Source of the DNA: a virus
Lineage: Duplodnaviria; Caudoviricetes
DNA length: 24,619 nucleotides
IMG/VR virus record: IMGVR_UViG_3300020247_000014
Coordinates: 1 to 24,619 of that record
Reading direction: 5' to 3' (one strand)
Part shown: positions 12,801 through 20,216 of the stretch, piece by piece
How positions within the stretch are numbered: the first letter of the stretch is position 1
Layout of the letters: each line of letters begins with the position of its first letter
Program-made: the position numbers and the translations under genes
The notes under the pieces: generated by a model
Told to the model about the DNA's origin: nothing
What the model saw: the letters and a program-made list of their open reading frames with translations, nothing else
Database searches by the model: none

Positions 12801-15800
12801 GGAGAGAAATATTCTTTTCCTCCAAATCTAATATCTACTGCAATAATTTTACCTTCAGATGCAATTGCTCTTATTTCAGCCTGCTTACCGTTTTGTAATG
12901 TTACTCCGGGTTTTTTCTCAAAGTTAAGTATTTCTGATCCGTAATTTGTTCCGGGTTCATACAGATAATTTTTAATAATTGATCCACGAACAACTGGTGT
13001 TACAACTAAATCACCATTACGTGCAAATGTTGTTGGTGAATATACTGCTTTAATATTTAATTCAATTTCAGGATATTTAAATTCCTGTAATCCTGTACCA
13101 GCACTAGTAAATTTGACATAATCACCTCTGAGATAATCAGAGTTGTCTGTTCCCCCTACACCTGCATTAGCAACTCTAAATGTATCATTATCTAATGCAA
13201 TAACTTTATACTGATTTGCAGATGATAAACCAACAATAGTGGATCCACCTGCTTCAAAATTATATGCTACAACTTCACCATCTAAGAATCCATGATCTAC
13301 AAAGTTGACAGTATTTTCAATTGTTGATATACTAACTGGTTTTACAAGTAATTTACGATTAGTATAGTCTGTTCCTGCATTTTCAATGACTACTGAACGA
13401 AGATGATTTTTCTTGTTTAGTAATCTGAATTTATGAGTACCCTGAGTATTTACAGTTGTAAATCCAACAGTATTGATACCTGAGTTAAAATCGTTAAGTG
13501 TTTCAAATAATTTTATTGATGATATGCCAACTACTTCTGGGAAATATATTGATCCATTTGATAATGTTTTATTCTGATCAGTATTAGATCCTTTAAATGA
13601 TCCTACACCTAATGATAAATTATTGTTATTATTATATACTAATGGTTCACCACTAAGTAAATTATGTGGTTTATCAAAAATAATTTGATCATTTGCAATA
13701 TCAACACCACCTCTTGTAGCAGAATTTCTGCCATCAAATGATAATTCTCTAAATCTTTTAGATACAATTGGTTTTAATATAGCACCAGTTCCATTACCAC
13801 CACTTAATGTAAGTGATAAGACATTTTCAATATCAAAATCTTGTTGATCAACAAGAACTTCTTTAAGAGTTCCTTGAATAACAGGTTGAACTAAAGCAGT
13901 TGTACCTGATGCAACTTGAGGTAATATAATATTTGGAAGATTTATTACATCAAAATTACTACCACCATTGAAAACCTTTACATCTTTAAGTGGGCCATAG
14001 TAAATTTTATCCAGTGATTTGTAGTTTGTTATCTCTACACCATTTACCAATATACCAGTTGAACCGGGTTCTGTAGGTGTCGATGAACCAGATTCAATAT
14101 TTGCTTCGGTTGGGAACTTTTTAAGTATCTTCTGAACACCAATGAGTTCGTTTTTATGACGTAAAAGTACAAAACTATGACTTCCTGAACCACTTGATGT
14201 AAATTCTAAGAAATCTGAGATTGGTATGAATGATCTTGAACTGTATAATCTTATCTGATTCTTTTGTGATAATACTTCAACGTAATATACACCCTCTTCT
14301 AAACCTGTTAAAGGTGTACTTGAAGGTTTGTAGAATATTGCATCACCTGTTCTAAACTCAGTATCAGTTGCAAATGATATAATTGAATATTTTTGTGTTA
14401 CATTATTAAATCCTTGCAGAGAAGTTCCTGTTGAATTAGGAATAACACTCTTTGATACAGTTTCGGTAATGTCATATGACGGTAATGATGAAGATGCAAC
14501 ATAGTAATTTTCATCGCCATCATTATAAGTATTCTGAACATTAGATGTAATTACATTATTACCAAACTGTAATTGTGATGTAGTACTAAAAGCCCTATCT
14601 AATTTTCTACGAATATTATAACTGATACCTGTTGCAGGAGTGAATCCTACAATATTATCTAATATTAATTGCTTATCCTGCAATCCAGTCGGATTTGTGG
14701 TTTTAATTACTGCATCGGATACATCTACAATCTCAGTTCCTCTCCTCATGATATCAACTTTATCACCCTCTTTTAGATTTGACTTATCAAAGTCAGATTT
14801 AAGTAAGAATGTCGATCCATTAATTGAGTCAATTTGAAATGTACATGATGTATTGTAAATCCATGAATTAAAAAATACTTCTTTTTTGGTTTTGTTTACA
14901 CTTGGATTTGGTACTACTTCTCCTAAATTTTTAACAGTAATTCTCTCACCTTCACTGGTAACACTGGATCCTGTTCTTTCTAGTAATTCAAAATCAGATA
15001 AAACACCTGTTATTCTTAATTCTACTCTTTTAGTTAAATCACCATCTTCATATCCAAATATAAATTCATCAGCCCTTACATCATCAGTACTTGAAATTGA
15101 TGATCCAATACCGGTACAGTTTAAGAACTGGTTAACAGTCTTGTCACCGTATGTAATTGTGTTTATGCCAGATATTACTGTTCCTGTCGTTCCGAACCCT
15201 ACAGTCGAATCTACGGTGATTACAGAGGATCCTGCAGATACATTACCTATTGATTTTGATTTTCCGGGTATGGTAAATGTACCATTAATACCACTTCTAT
15301 CATTGAATCCTACAAATAAACTAATCTTGTAGAAAGTCTTTCTATTTCGTGTTACTATTTCAACTTCTGATACCGAAGCATTAGTTTGTAAATCATCTGA
15401 TTTTGTAACTGTTTGTCCAAGTAATTTATTTGGATCACCACTTATTACCTCTGCTAATATTATTTCTCTACGAATATACTCAGCACCAGATGGTTTGACT
15501 AAAAATTCTTCTAGGTCAATGATCTTTGGAGACAATCCATACAAAACATTAAACAAAATACGGAAAGACTCTGCTGTTCCTTTAGATTGGTATAATGATT
15601 TGGATTCTTTAATGAAGTTACTAACATCTAAATCAGATACAAATTTAGTATCTTCAAGGCCTGGTGTTAAAGAAGTCTTTACTTTCTTATAAAACTCCTG
15701 TAGAAACAGAACACTTAGGTTATTAACTACAGAATTAGCATCATGAACACTTGTGGTTGATTGTGTGAATACTAATTCACCGGGATTATTTGTATCAGTA

Positions 15801-16192
15801 AATGATGTGATACCACTAAAACCTCTTACACAACCTGTAAAACTATTAGTTGTAATACCAGTATATGTAATTACCTCATCATCTATCTTTAAAAGACCAT
15901 ACTCATTCGGAAAACCTTTAGTTGTCGATACTGTAATAGTATCACTTGCAGTTGTTATACCTGCAGTAAGAGTTGTAACACCAACAATTACCTCTGGTGT
16001 TAAATTATCTAATTTAATATATTGATCTAGATTGTCACTTAAATCTACTACACCACCTCGATGCTCCTGAGAGATGTAGTATTGCTTTAAAAAGTCAACT
16101 GTCTTAGGACTTTCTGAGAGTATAAACTCAGGAAGTTGACTTTCGATTATTTGCTGAACTTGTATACGTTTTTCGATTCCAGTTCCTATCAT
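3884..16192 (-). CDS. gp7: Giant baseplate wedge initiator, gp7-like (4102 aa, multi-domain, contains a YHYH-like domain)
   Basis: Lies between gp6 and gp8. N-terminus IESQLPEFI...FLKQYY...FIKESKSLYQSKGTAESFRILFNVLYG; internal DNDYYQNLSYTIQS...VNRLVHTTGLKNFAD; G/S/T/V-rich beta repeats. Confidence 0.85.
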   Translation of the reverse strand: MIGTGIEKRIQVQQIIESQLPEFILSESPKTVDFLKQYYISQEHRGGVVDLSDNLDQYIKLDNLTPEVIVGVTTLTAGITTASDTITVSTTKGFPNEYGLLKIDDEVITYTGITTNSFTGCVRGFSGITSFTDTNNPGELVFTQSTTSVHDANSVVNNLSVLFLQEFYKKVKTSLTPGLEDTKFVSDLDVSNFIKESKSLYQSKGTAESFRILFNVLYGLSPKIIDLEEFLVKPSGAEYIRREIILAEVISGDPNKLLGQTVTKSDDLQTNASVSEVEIVTRNRKTFYKISLFVGFNDRSGINGTFTIPGKSKSIGNVSAGSSVITVDSTVGFGTTGTVISGINTITYGDKTVNQFLNCTGIGSSISSTDDVRADEFIFGYEDGDLTKRVELRITGVLSDFELLERTGSSVTSEGERITVKNLGEVVPNPSVNKTKKEVFFNSWIYNTSCTFQIDSINGSTFLLKSDFDKSNLKEGDKVDIMRRGTEIVDVSDAVIKTTNPTGLQDKQLILDNIVGFTPATGISYNIRRKLDRAFSTTSQLQFGNNVITSNVQNTYNDGDENYYVASSSLPSYDITETVSKSVIPNSTGTSLQGFNNVTQKYSIISFATDTEFRTGDAIFYKPSSTPLTGLEEGVYYVEVLSQKNQIRLYSSRSFIPISDFLEFTSSGSGSHSFVLLRHKNELIGVQKILKKFPTEANIESGSSTPTEPGSTGILVNGVEITNYKSLDKIYYGPLKDVKVFNGGSNFDVINLPNIILPQVASGTTALVQPVIQGTLKEVLVDQQDFDIENVLSLTLSGGNGTGAILKPIVSKRFRELSFDGRNSATRGGVDIANDQIIFDKPHNLLSGEPLVYNNNNNLSLGVGSFKGSNTDQNKTLSNGSIYFPEVVGISSIKLFETLNDFNSGINTVGFTTVNTQGTHKFRLLNKKNHLRSVVIENAGTDYTNRKLLVKPVSISTIENTVNFVDHGFLDGEVVAYNFEAGGSTIVGLSSANQYKVIALDNDTFRVANAGVGGTDNSDYLRGDYVKFTSAGTGLQEFKYPEIELNIKAVYSPTTFARNGDLVVTPVVRGSIIKNYLYEPGTNYGSEILNFEKKPGVTLQNGKQAEIRAIASEGKIIAVDIRFGGKEYFSPPDLEFVGVGSGVGAKLRPIVTNGKITDVKIVNPGIGYTATPTVRVKPAGSGQIFEPSIRSLTINSLTRFGDEVLLRESDDNLQYAVVGYNTSIYSTLFEDPDSITGHSPIVGWAYDGNPIYGPYGYIDPADSDSAIVILNTSYTLNTSNVTNRPTSFAGGFFVEDHQYDDSGDLDESNGRFCKTPDYPNGVYAYFVGVSTGAQGNLDPKFPYFIGDNYRSKPIDDNFLIDQNNFDFNTSKIIRNTLPYKVADPTADNDFLIESNESVEQSSIVESVTRGSVEGFQIVESGSDFKVGDSLNFDNTNSSGGGASASISKVTGKPITSVDTTVQTYNNVVYVRDSATQVSAFISTSHTFANNDQIVVSGLSTSIPNLTDSHKVGVSSVQVALYKELGANSSAGIVTDIYVSSIPDRVSAGSSIGIGTEKLLVLNTFRDRQILRVKRGVVGAAHTLSAPVLTVPQKFTIPIVTDPFESKIDDKVFFNPKEQVGLALTAGTVIGMAKSFTTGELSKVISVPAKSIFLPNHPFVSNQQLTFKIPSGAGALSVGTGVTQAVTASFNLSDGATVFAKRISSDLVGLSTIKGGETIFFKTSPTDSFEYLLESNFTQVTGKAQEITAHVAVSTSHGLTELDTIDLTLDSNRSGGIGISTSVIVKYSSSEDKILINPLTVAQTNIGADTIFKDDHGFSTGEKVFYDGGTSQATGLSTSSYFVYRIDDNSFQLGETLFDVQNEPPKVVGITTNTGGSGQEFSLINPSLSVTKNNDLVFYVSDSSLNGFEFNLYYDKDFKNEFVSTGSTESFSVTKVGTVGVGTTATVTLNYKSENPINVFYTLEKTGFISTSDTDVQNGSRINYINSEYEGTYTAFGVGTTSFNISLQNVPEKLNYVQTEVDTMSYLTNSTSASGGVGRINLASGGFGYKKIPGISSITSVNGINAKILCLSSSVNKINKVRILDPGFEYHSDQTLRPEARISPTITLINSDVISEIQVISGGKNYISAPDLVVVDPETGQLTDQGVIELSLNSSSIASVNIISSPKGLKPVEQRIRTINNSNGISVSSISGMSTTTTTGIVTCTLVTPIGGFAPAPFAVGDQIFVEGIQLESTEGSGYNSTDHGFVFFTISDYQNTSPAKLEFNLTGIGVSIGIAKTSQTNYATITNFNNYPQFRTIQKSAEFRIGERLAVKENNNFVLSNLSVLENNPDEFIKIFGKRELVVGDEIRGEITGTQATINSIALNRGRFDVDYALRQDRGWNTEVGKLSEDYQVLADNDYYQNLSYTIQSPITFEEIVDPVNRLVHTTGLKNFADTGITSTAKSGISSTSDLVIARDLVSEERVDTINNFDLVVDTDTLIGGTQSKFLKLRNQKLASYIECRTNRVLDIDDISSQFSNTNSSQNNRIDFAINENYESFLIQTKNPTTSEIQVDEVVVFKDNTDTFTFEKNNIGIGTQKIVDVIGFTDSATSDTSLRVTPTDPFDDDLDIKVYRNTFNSTLAGINTQSVGFVNLVGVAKSVNPSTTVSLVSSPVGVTSAFYATVEVTDADTNEKNLVDIYATHDGTNSYFTEYYVDSGDIANFSSNFIGTFTSNLSGGILSIDFQNTGIHTAILRSKAVGLGLTSVGIGTFRFKDTAQLDGSERTVNLQSNFKRVSSTSTIVGVDSNKFSTIKSIVKVAVGSTIAIHQVLATHNGTDTSLVHYPFISIGSTAGIGTFIANYANNKFNLKFNPDTGVSDAEVSAYSEIIYTDLDLFNVPPDLTYGRVTESVAVRQYNAVNGNRANKTEFELKHGGVPIFAKVFSPSDATKLDPVTGIFTINDHFFSTGEKLKYTPKSTFIGVTADAMETSAGTDLTTDVFAINLTQDTFKLALTKSNANAGTGVTFTSLGAGNAHQLEMTKKLEKSLINVDGLIQSPIAFTPVNTTVTNNGGSISASDAIFSVAGISSIIEGDILEVGTELMKVTSVGLGTTALGPISGNGALNLVGVDRGSLGSTAASHNDSTAIRKFKGSFNIVDSKIHFTDAPKGTNFAAQDPSSLPFPRSDFHGRVYLRNDYTNNRIFDDISDGFTGIAATHIVKVGGANTTGIQTGGSIVLLNGIFQTPTTDNNQGNNYDYISDATAGITTIVFTGITSTDGSKIVSESDINLNQLPRGGMIVSLGSTGGLGVAPLVGAAVTVVKNANGVLTSVGAGATDQLGSGYRGSVSIGVTDIAYEHRFASSGIGSIRKSNFSTGDAFTATNAVYTSHTGVLVITIPNHGLTTSDTVGIDTGGLVFRCSKDNFQTLHPYPRSVSVTAQGTRSDPVAGIQTTITAKTTNTITINVGPGGGAGTGAVVNATVGAGGTLAFTVANGGTGYVNPRINIPSPTYENLEVVGVSRLGIGATTDTGLGLKISVDVGAASTVGVGSTLHTVKSFKITRNGFGFKKGDVFKVVGLVTDRQLTNRVNEFELTVTETFTDNFSSWDFGEFDFIDPIKNLQNGVRKRFPIKVNGELLSFEIDGANAQSSLVIMRNLLMIYVNGVLQEPGVAYTFDGGTTFAFSIAPSADDDVAIFFYKGSVGGSSPDTVTVDVQETLKAGDIIEVGSISGDLGQSERTVIGITTSDTFETEIYTGTGINQNTFKPIVNWKKQKVDKIIRGDVVSKARDSIEPLIFPTARIIGNISTATAAGTNIFVDDAQFFEYEEDHSSININSFGGLLINNVNPVAAALTATVSAGGTISAITVVSGGSGYVGSTTSVSIAAPVGVANTLFAQVGVSTFATATATITNGSIASVAVNNIGLGYTTANPPIVLAPFPELISEEITNIKEVAGFSGIITGITTTTVGVSTLGLRIGLARTSDNFNDLQAGYPIYIFDTTVGNGVTSINLSGNNNDIVGVGTLFADNIYIIQSITKSGQNAEIVTNIHSGTVHAGLTASHTANGGYNGRFSWGRFFNSSGAFSRPEPISIGVTGHTVGLSTGTGISTFPTIQRRVFGLRDTGAVRKTLS

Positions 16193-16193
16193 T

Positions 16194-18092
16194 TTATGAC
16201 CTGTTTAGTTCTCCGTTTGAGTAGGATGATGTTACCTTATAGCCAACACCAGATATTTGCTCACCAGATGTAATAGTGTCCTTCACCATATTTATGGTAC
16301 TACTGGGAATGTTAAAATCTAAGTATAGATCTTGTAATCCTATGACATCATTGGATTCTGGGAATGCCTGTACTTCGACAATATTATTTGCCTTTTCAGT
16401 CTCCGTAATGTTAATTGTAGTTAAATTAACCTCACCATGAATATAATCAACAGTTCCTGCAGATTTAACCACAACAACATTGGTTCCTGTTTCCAAATCC
16501 TTTTTAACTACGGAGACAACTCCAGTCAGTAAATCTGCATTTGGTGTATCAGTAATATAAACAGTATCACTATTACCTTGAATTTTAAATCCTGTACTCT
16601 TAATGTTCAATCCACCAGGCTTTACATTAAATTGATTACCAAAACATAATTCATACTGAGCAAACTGATTGATCAGTGCATTCAAATTACGACGTATTTG
16701 TATTCTTGTAATGTTAGAGGTAATTGCTTTATCAATATTATCAATTACATTCAATACCTTACTATACTTAAATCTACCACCAAATCGATTTACATCCCCT
16801 GATCGAGAGTAAGTTGTAAGAGATGATGTAATTTTAGTCTTAAGATCATTTACATTTTCAACTGCAGTCGAATTATAGTATATGAATGATTCAACTTCCA
16901 CATATAATACCTGTAGATCTACAATCTTTTGATTAATACCTGTTAAAGAGTAACTCTTCAACTTCTGTAAAATTTGTGTTTTATCAAAGTCAGATACAAA
17001 ATCACCATTCTTTGGTTTAATAGTAATGAATACCGTACCAAATTGAGGTGGATCTAACTCTTCACCACCCACGACTGATACACTTTCTGTGTTAGGATAT
17101 ACAGTTTGGATTATACTTTCATAATCTCTTGCTGTAACTGCCCTGTACTGTGCAGAGTAGAGTCTAGGTGCAAAATATTTAACTGAGTCAATTGATTCGA
17201 TGTCACCACCATTTGAGGATGCCTGTATGGTATCTACACTTGGTAGTGATGTTGGTACTACTATATTATTGTTTGCATCTTGAAAACTACCAGAGAATGT
17301 AAACACAGATGGCCCATTACCATCCTTACCTGAAGTAACAACATATTGAACTGTAATTACTGCACCGTCTTCTATTTTTTTACCAAATGTTCCATCACCA
17401 AATAACAATTCATAGTTCTCATCCTGTACTTCCTGTATCAAGAATGTCTCAGATGCGGATGTAACATTAACAATATTATCAATTAAATTATACTGTTTAC
17501 CTAATCCGGGATCTGCAGCACCTTTTACATATACAACAATTGAAGATGTGTCAATAGATGAGTTATTTAAAATAAATCTTTGCTCTAAAGATCCATCAAC
17601 AACAAATTGCGATGTAAGATAAGTTCCTTCAAGAACTTTAATTGGTTCATCTACTGTTCCAAATTGAGCAAGTCCACTATTTACTGTAGTTGTTATGCTT
17701 TCAGATATAGAAAATACAAAATCACTATCATCCTGAGTTCCAACACACACTAGACCGGGTTGTAGAGTTATTGTCGGACTACTTGTATTAGTTGCAACCT
17801 GAAACTTAATCGATGCTCTGGCTGCCGTTTTAGAGCGTGGTACGTAACCAATGTTTCGTGCAAGTGATACAACGTTCTCTCTTAGAGTTGCAGAATCAAG
17901 AAATGACTCATTTACAACCAAGTTTGAGTTGAATGCAGAAATATACGTATTATATGCAAGGGTATCAATTAGTACAGAGAAGTTAGACCCTTCAAAATCA
18001 AAGTCTGAAAAGTTGGAATTTGCTCGAAGATAGTCTTTAATCTGTTCCTTTATCTGATCAAAGTCTAAATTGGTGAATTTTGTAAACGGCAT
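16194..18092 (-). CDS. gp6: Baseplate wedge subunit gp6
   Basis: 632 aa with hallmark motifs LDFDQIK...FSDFDFEGSNFSVLIDTLAYNTY...NESFLDSATLRENVVSLARNIGYVPRS and AQYRAVTARDYE...VVGGEELDPPQFGTVFI. Confidence 0.95.
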   Translation of the reverse strand: MPFTKFTNLDFDQIKEQIKDYLRANSNFSDFDFEGSNFSVLIDTLAYNTYISAFNSNLVVNESFLDSATLRENVVSLARNIGYVPRSKTAARASIKFQVATNTSSPTITLQPGLVCVGTQDDSDFVFSISESITTTVNSGLAQFGTVDEPIKVLEGTYLTSQFVVDGSLEQRFILNNSSIDTSSIVVYVKGAADPGLGKQYNLIDNIVNVTSASETFLIQEVQDENYELLFGDGTFGKKIEDGAVITVQYVVTSGKDGNGPSVFTFSGSFQDANNNIVVPTSLPSVDTIQASSNGGDIESIDSVKYFAPRLYSAQYRAVTARDYESIIQTVYPNTESVSVVGGEELDPPQFGTVFITIKPKNGDFVSDFDKTQILQKLKSYSLTGINQKIVDLQVLYVEVESFIYYNSTAVENVNDLKTKITSSLTTYSRSGDVNRFGGRFKYSKVLNVIDNIDKAITSNITRIQIRRNLNALINQFAQYELCFGNQFNVKPGGLNIKSTGFKIQGNSDTVYITDTPNADLLTGVVSVVKKDLETGTNVVVVKSAGTVDYIHGEVNLTTINITETEKANNIVEVQAFPESNDVIGLQDLYLDFNIPSSTINMVKDTITSGEQISGVGYKVTSSYSNGELNRS

Positions 18093-18496
18093 TATCTTGT
18101 GGCTTGTAATATGAACGTAAAGTCTTGTTGTGGAAACTCTTGACCAATAATATCAAATAGTACATTCACCTCAAATTCATTCTGATCAGGTCTAGGTTCA
18201 ACATTCACTTCTAAATTATCAACTCTAGGTTCAAAGTTTTCAATTGATATTCTTATTTGATCCTTGATTGCTGATGCAGTACCAAAGTCAATAAAGTTAT
18301 CAAAGAGTAAATCACGAACCTCAGATCCTAAAATCGAGTTAAAAAATCTTTCAGTCGGTATTGTTTGTACAATATTCCTTACAGACCTCTTAATTGCGTT
18401 TTCATTACGCAATACAGTAAGATCTTTTGTAACAGGATGAGGTGTAAAAGACAAATTTATGTCTTTAAACGCTCTAGATATACGTTTTACCGCCAT
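18092..18496 (-). CDS. gp25: Baseplate wedge subunit gp25
   Basis: 134 aa, FKDINLSF.PHPVTKDL...NENAIKRSVRNIV.T...ERFF...GS...IENFEPRV. Its stop overlaps the gp6 start (TAATG). Confidence 0.95.
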   Translation of the reverse strand: MAVKRISRAFKDINLSFTPHPVTKDLTVLRNENAIKRSVRNIVQTIPTERFFNSILGSEVRDLLFDNFIDFGTASAIKDQIRISIENFEPRVDNLEVNVEPRPDQNEFEVNVLFDIIGQEFPQQDFTFILQATR

Positions 18497-18514
18497 TTAA
18501 CAGACTTTTTTTAT

Positions 18515-18522
18515 TATTTATA
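18515..18522 (-). promoter_or_regulatory. T4-type late promoter TATAAATA for the gp25-gp6-gp7 operon
   Basis: Exact TATAAATA on the minus strand, 18 nt upstream of the gp25 ATG; same spacing as at gp8. Confidence 0.85.
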
Positions 18523-18523
18523 C

Positions 18524-18874
18524 CTATCTTGCGAAGTCTTTCATAATGTAATCATCAGAATCGAAGTAATTTAGTATCCACCATGCAAGTGAACGGGGAT
18601 TTTTGCTACCACAAGTGAAAATATCGAACGCAACACACTGTTTTTCAGGCCAAGTATGCAAAGCAAAGTGACTTTCGGCAAGTGTAAGGTTAACAGTCAC
18701 CCCTTGAGGTTCAAATTTATGAAGAAAGCAGTTTAAAAGGGTGTATTTTTCTGCTTTGACTGCAGCTAACATCTTATTTGTAAGATCTTTTGCATTATTC
18801 AACTTATCAAAGGGTACATTGTACACTTCAACTAATAAATGAGTGCCCATATGAGCATTTTTCACGTTTTTCAT
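18524..18874 (-). CDS. speD: S-adenosylmethionine decarboxylase proenzyme family (pyruvoyl-dependent, class 1b); auxiliary metabolic gene
   Basis: 116 aa with GTHLLVEVY, HKFEPQGVT, the autocleavage motif LAE|SHFALHTWPE and the catalytic FDIFTCG. Confidence 0.92.
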   Translation of the reverse strand: MKNVKNAHMGTHLLVEVYNVPFDKLNNAKDLTNKMLAAVKAEKYTLLNCFLHKFEPQGVTVNLTLAESHFALHTWPEKQCVAFDIFTCGSKNPRSLAWWILNYFDSDDYIMKDFAR

Positions 18875-19011
18875 GTAGTTTCTGAATTTTCACTTAAAAA
18901 TTGAGGTTTTTCTTCCTCTTCATCCTTGTAATATTCATGTCCATCGTACTCACTGATCAATTTACGACCACTTTTCTTAAATTCTTCTGATTTATCCACT
19001 TTAATTACCAT
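18871..19011 (-). CDS. Small charged hypothetical protein (46 aa)
   Basis: Manual translation MVIKVDKSEEFKKSGRKLISEYDGHEYYKDEEEEKPQFLSENSETT*. Its stop overlaps the speD start (ATGA) and it sits just downstream of a late-promoter motif. Confidence 0.75.
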   Translation of the reverse strand: MVIKVDKSEEFKKSGRKLISEYDGHEYYKDEEEEKPQFLSENSETT

Positions 19012-19030
19012 TTTTTTGTCTTTTAGATTA

Positions 19031-19038
19031 TATTTATC
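19031..19038 (-). promoter_or_regulatory. Late promoter variant (G)ATAAATA for the 46-aa ORF and speD
   Basis: GATAAATA overlaps the stop of the 243-aa gene, 19 nt upstream of ATG 19011; spacing matches the other two late promoters. Confidence 0.65.
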
Positions 19039-19765
19039 CAATATCTTCGGGTGAAGGGATACCTTTACTCTTTATAAATGACTTATTATTCGTTTCATAG
19101 TCCCAATTTTCATCATTTTTGCGTTCTTTTGATGTTTTCCAGAAATAATTGTCCTCTGAACCCAATCCATCACGGTCATGACCGTTTTCAACCTGATAAT
19201 ATACTGTTGATACCTTAAAATCGGGCACTTTTGGTTCTTCTGGTGTAATACTATTGTCATATATCCTCATTCTGTTGTTTGGATAGAGGCAAAACTGACC
19301 ATTATCCAGCTCTAAAAGGTTATGAGACTTGTGTTCAGCAGGTTGTTCACTTGTAGAGTAGTCAATTGCGTCTACACTCTCATGATAGTTGTCTAAAGTA
19401 CAAATATAAGTGCCTGTTTGATTGCCAAAGTCCCTTGTCATCACTTCAAAGTGCATTGAACCGATAAATTGCTTCTGTACTGCCACTACACCATAGTCCA
19501 TACAGTTCCAAAACTGTAGGTTATGTAATGTCATATCCGGTGTAGGAGTCTCAGGATCAGTTGTAAACGCAGAGATTGGTAACTTATCGAACATTGCAGC
19601 ATAATCAGGTAGATAGGTTTCAAAGTAAAAAGCCCTACCGGGAATTGACTTGGCAGCAACCCATACTCCCTTTACAAATTCACCATGACCACTCTTATGA
19701 TCAGTCAGGTATTCTTTTCTTACCCATACTTCATAGGAGGGTAGATTGGCAATTAGTGTACTCAT
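19034..19765 (-). CDS. Conserved cyanomyophage hypothetical protein (243 aa)
   Basis: Long ORF (ANLP...WVRKEYL.DH..GHGEF..GVWV...KSIPGRAFYFE...LQFWNCMDY...EHKSHN...GQFCLYPNNRMR). Recognised from memory as a recurrent unknown-function gene upstream of gp25. Confidence 0.85.
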   Translation of the reverse strand: MSTLIANLPSYEVWVRKEYLTDHKSGHGEFVKGVWVAAKSIPGRAFYFETYLPDYAAMFDKLPISAFTTDPETPTPDMTLHNLQFWNCMDYGVVAVQKQFIGSMHFEVMTRDFGNQTGTYICTLDNYHESVDAIDYSTSEQPAEHKSHNLLELDNGQFCLYPNNRMRIYDNSITPEEPKVPDFKVSTVYYQVENGHDRDGLGSEDNYFWKTSKERKNDENWDYETNNKSFIKSKGIPSPEDIG

Positions 19766-19935
19766 CGGTTTAGTTTGCGTTTAAGTTCTTTGGACATCTG
19801 TTTAGTTAATTCACTATCAAGGTAAACTAAGTGTTCACGAAGTTTCCTTTCATCTTCATTACCTTCAATGTAATCATACAAATGATCAATGTGCTCTAGG
19901 GCATACATTAACTTCGTTTGTTTATTCATTGGCAT
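19762..19935 (-). CDS. Small helical hypothetical protein (57 aa)
   Basis: Manual translation MPMNKQTKLMYALEHIDHLYDYIEGNEDERKLREHLVYLDSELTKQMSKELKRKLNR*. TAAGGAG Shine-Dalgarno upstream; ATGA overlap with the next gene. Confidence 0.75.
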   Translation of the reverse strand: MPMNKQTKLMYALEHIDHLYDYIEGNEDERKLREHLVYLDSELTKQMSKELKRKLNR

Positions 19936-19968
19936 TTTCTTTTCTCCTTACGAGCCGAGTTACGCGGT

Positions 19969-20136
19969 TTATTCTTCATCAGTACTCATTTCAACCTTAA
20001 ATGAACTTGGGTCGTTCTTTCCAGTAAGATAAAACTCAATGGCAAAGTCCTGCATCCGATCAAAACACTCAGATTGTGTCAGATCGGTGTACACCTCTTT
20101 ACCATCTTGTAGTATCGCATACTTTGTGGTCTTCAT
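19969..20136 (-). CDS. Small hypothetical protein (55 aa)
   Basis: Manual translation MKTTKYAILQDGKEVYTDLTQSECFDRMQDFAIEFYLTGKNDPSSFKVEMSTDEE*. Start coupled to the upstream micro-ORF by ATGA. Confidence 0.75.
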   Translation of the reverse strand: MKTTKYAILQDGKEVYTDLTQSECFDRMQDFAIEFYLTGKNDPSSFKVEMSTDEE

Positions 20137-20213
20137 ATATTTGGGTCGTACTTAAACAATATGTAGATGACAAAGATAAAGGCAATCAATAATATTGAAA
20201 AGAATGTAATCAT
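20133..20213 (-). CDS. Single-pass membrane micro-protein (26 aa)
   Basis: Manual translation MITFFSILLIAFIFVIYILFKYDPNI*. Starts 3 nt after the glycosyltransferase stop and ends in an ATGA overlap. Confidence 0.6.
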   Translation of the reverse strand: MITFFSILLIAFIFVIYILFKYDPNI

Positions 20214-20216
20214 AAT

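Noticed and set aside
3884-16192. Intein, intron, homing endonuclease or DGR target in the 4102-aa ORF
   Set aside because: No splice-junction, LAGLIDADG or HNH motifs, no reverse transcriptase and no template/variable repeat pair seen.
402-18574. Plus-strand ORFs in the track (402-941, 1416-1700, 5379-5615, 6801-7157, 14886-15332 and others) and short out-of-frame minus ORFs inside gp7
   Set aside because: They are antisense or alternate-frame shadows of long structural genes, with no recognisable motifs or expression signals.
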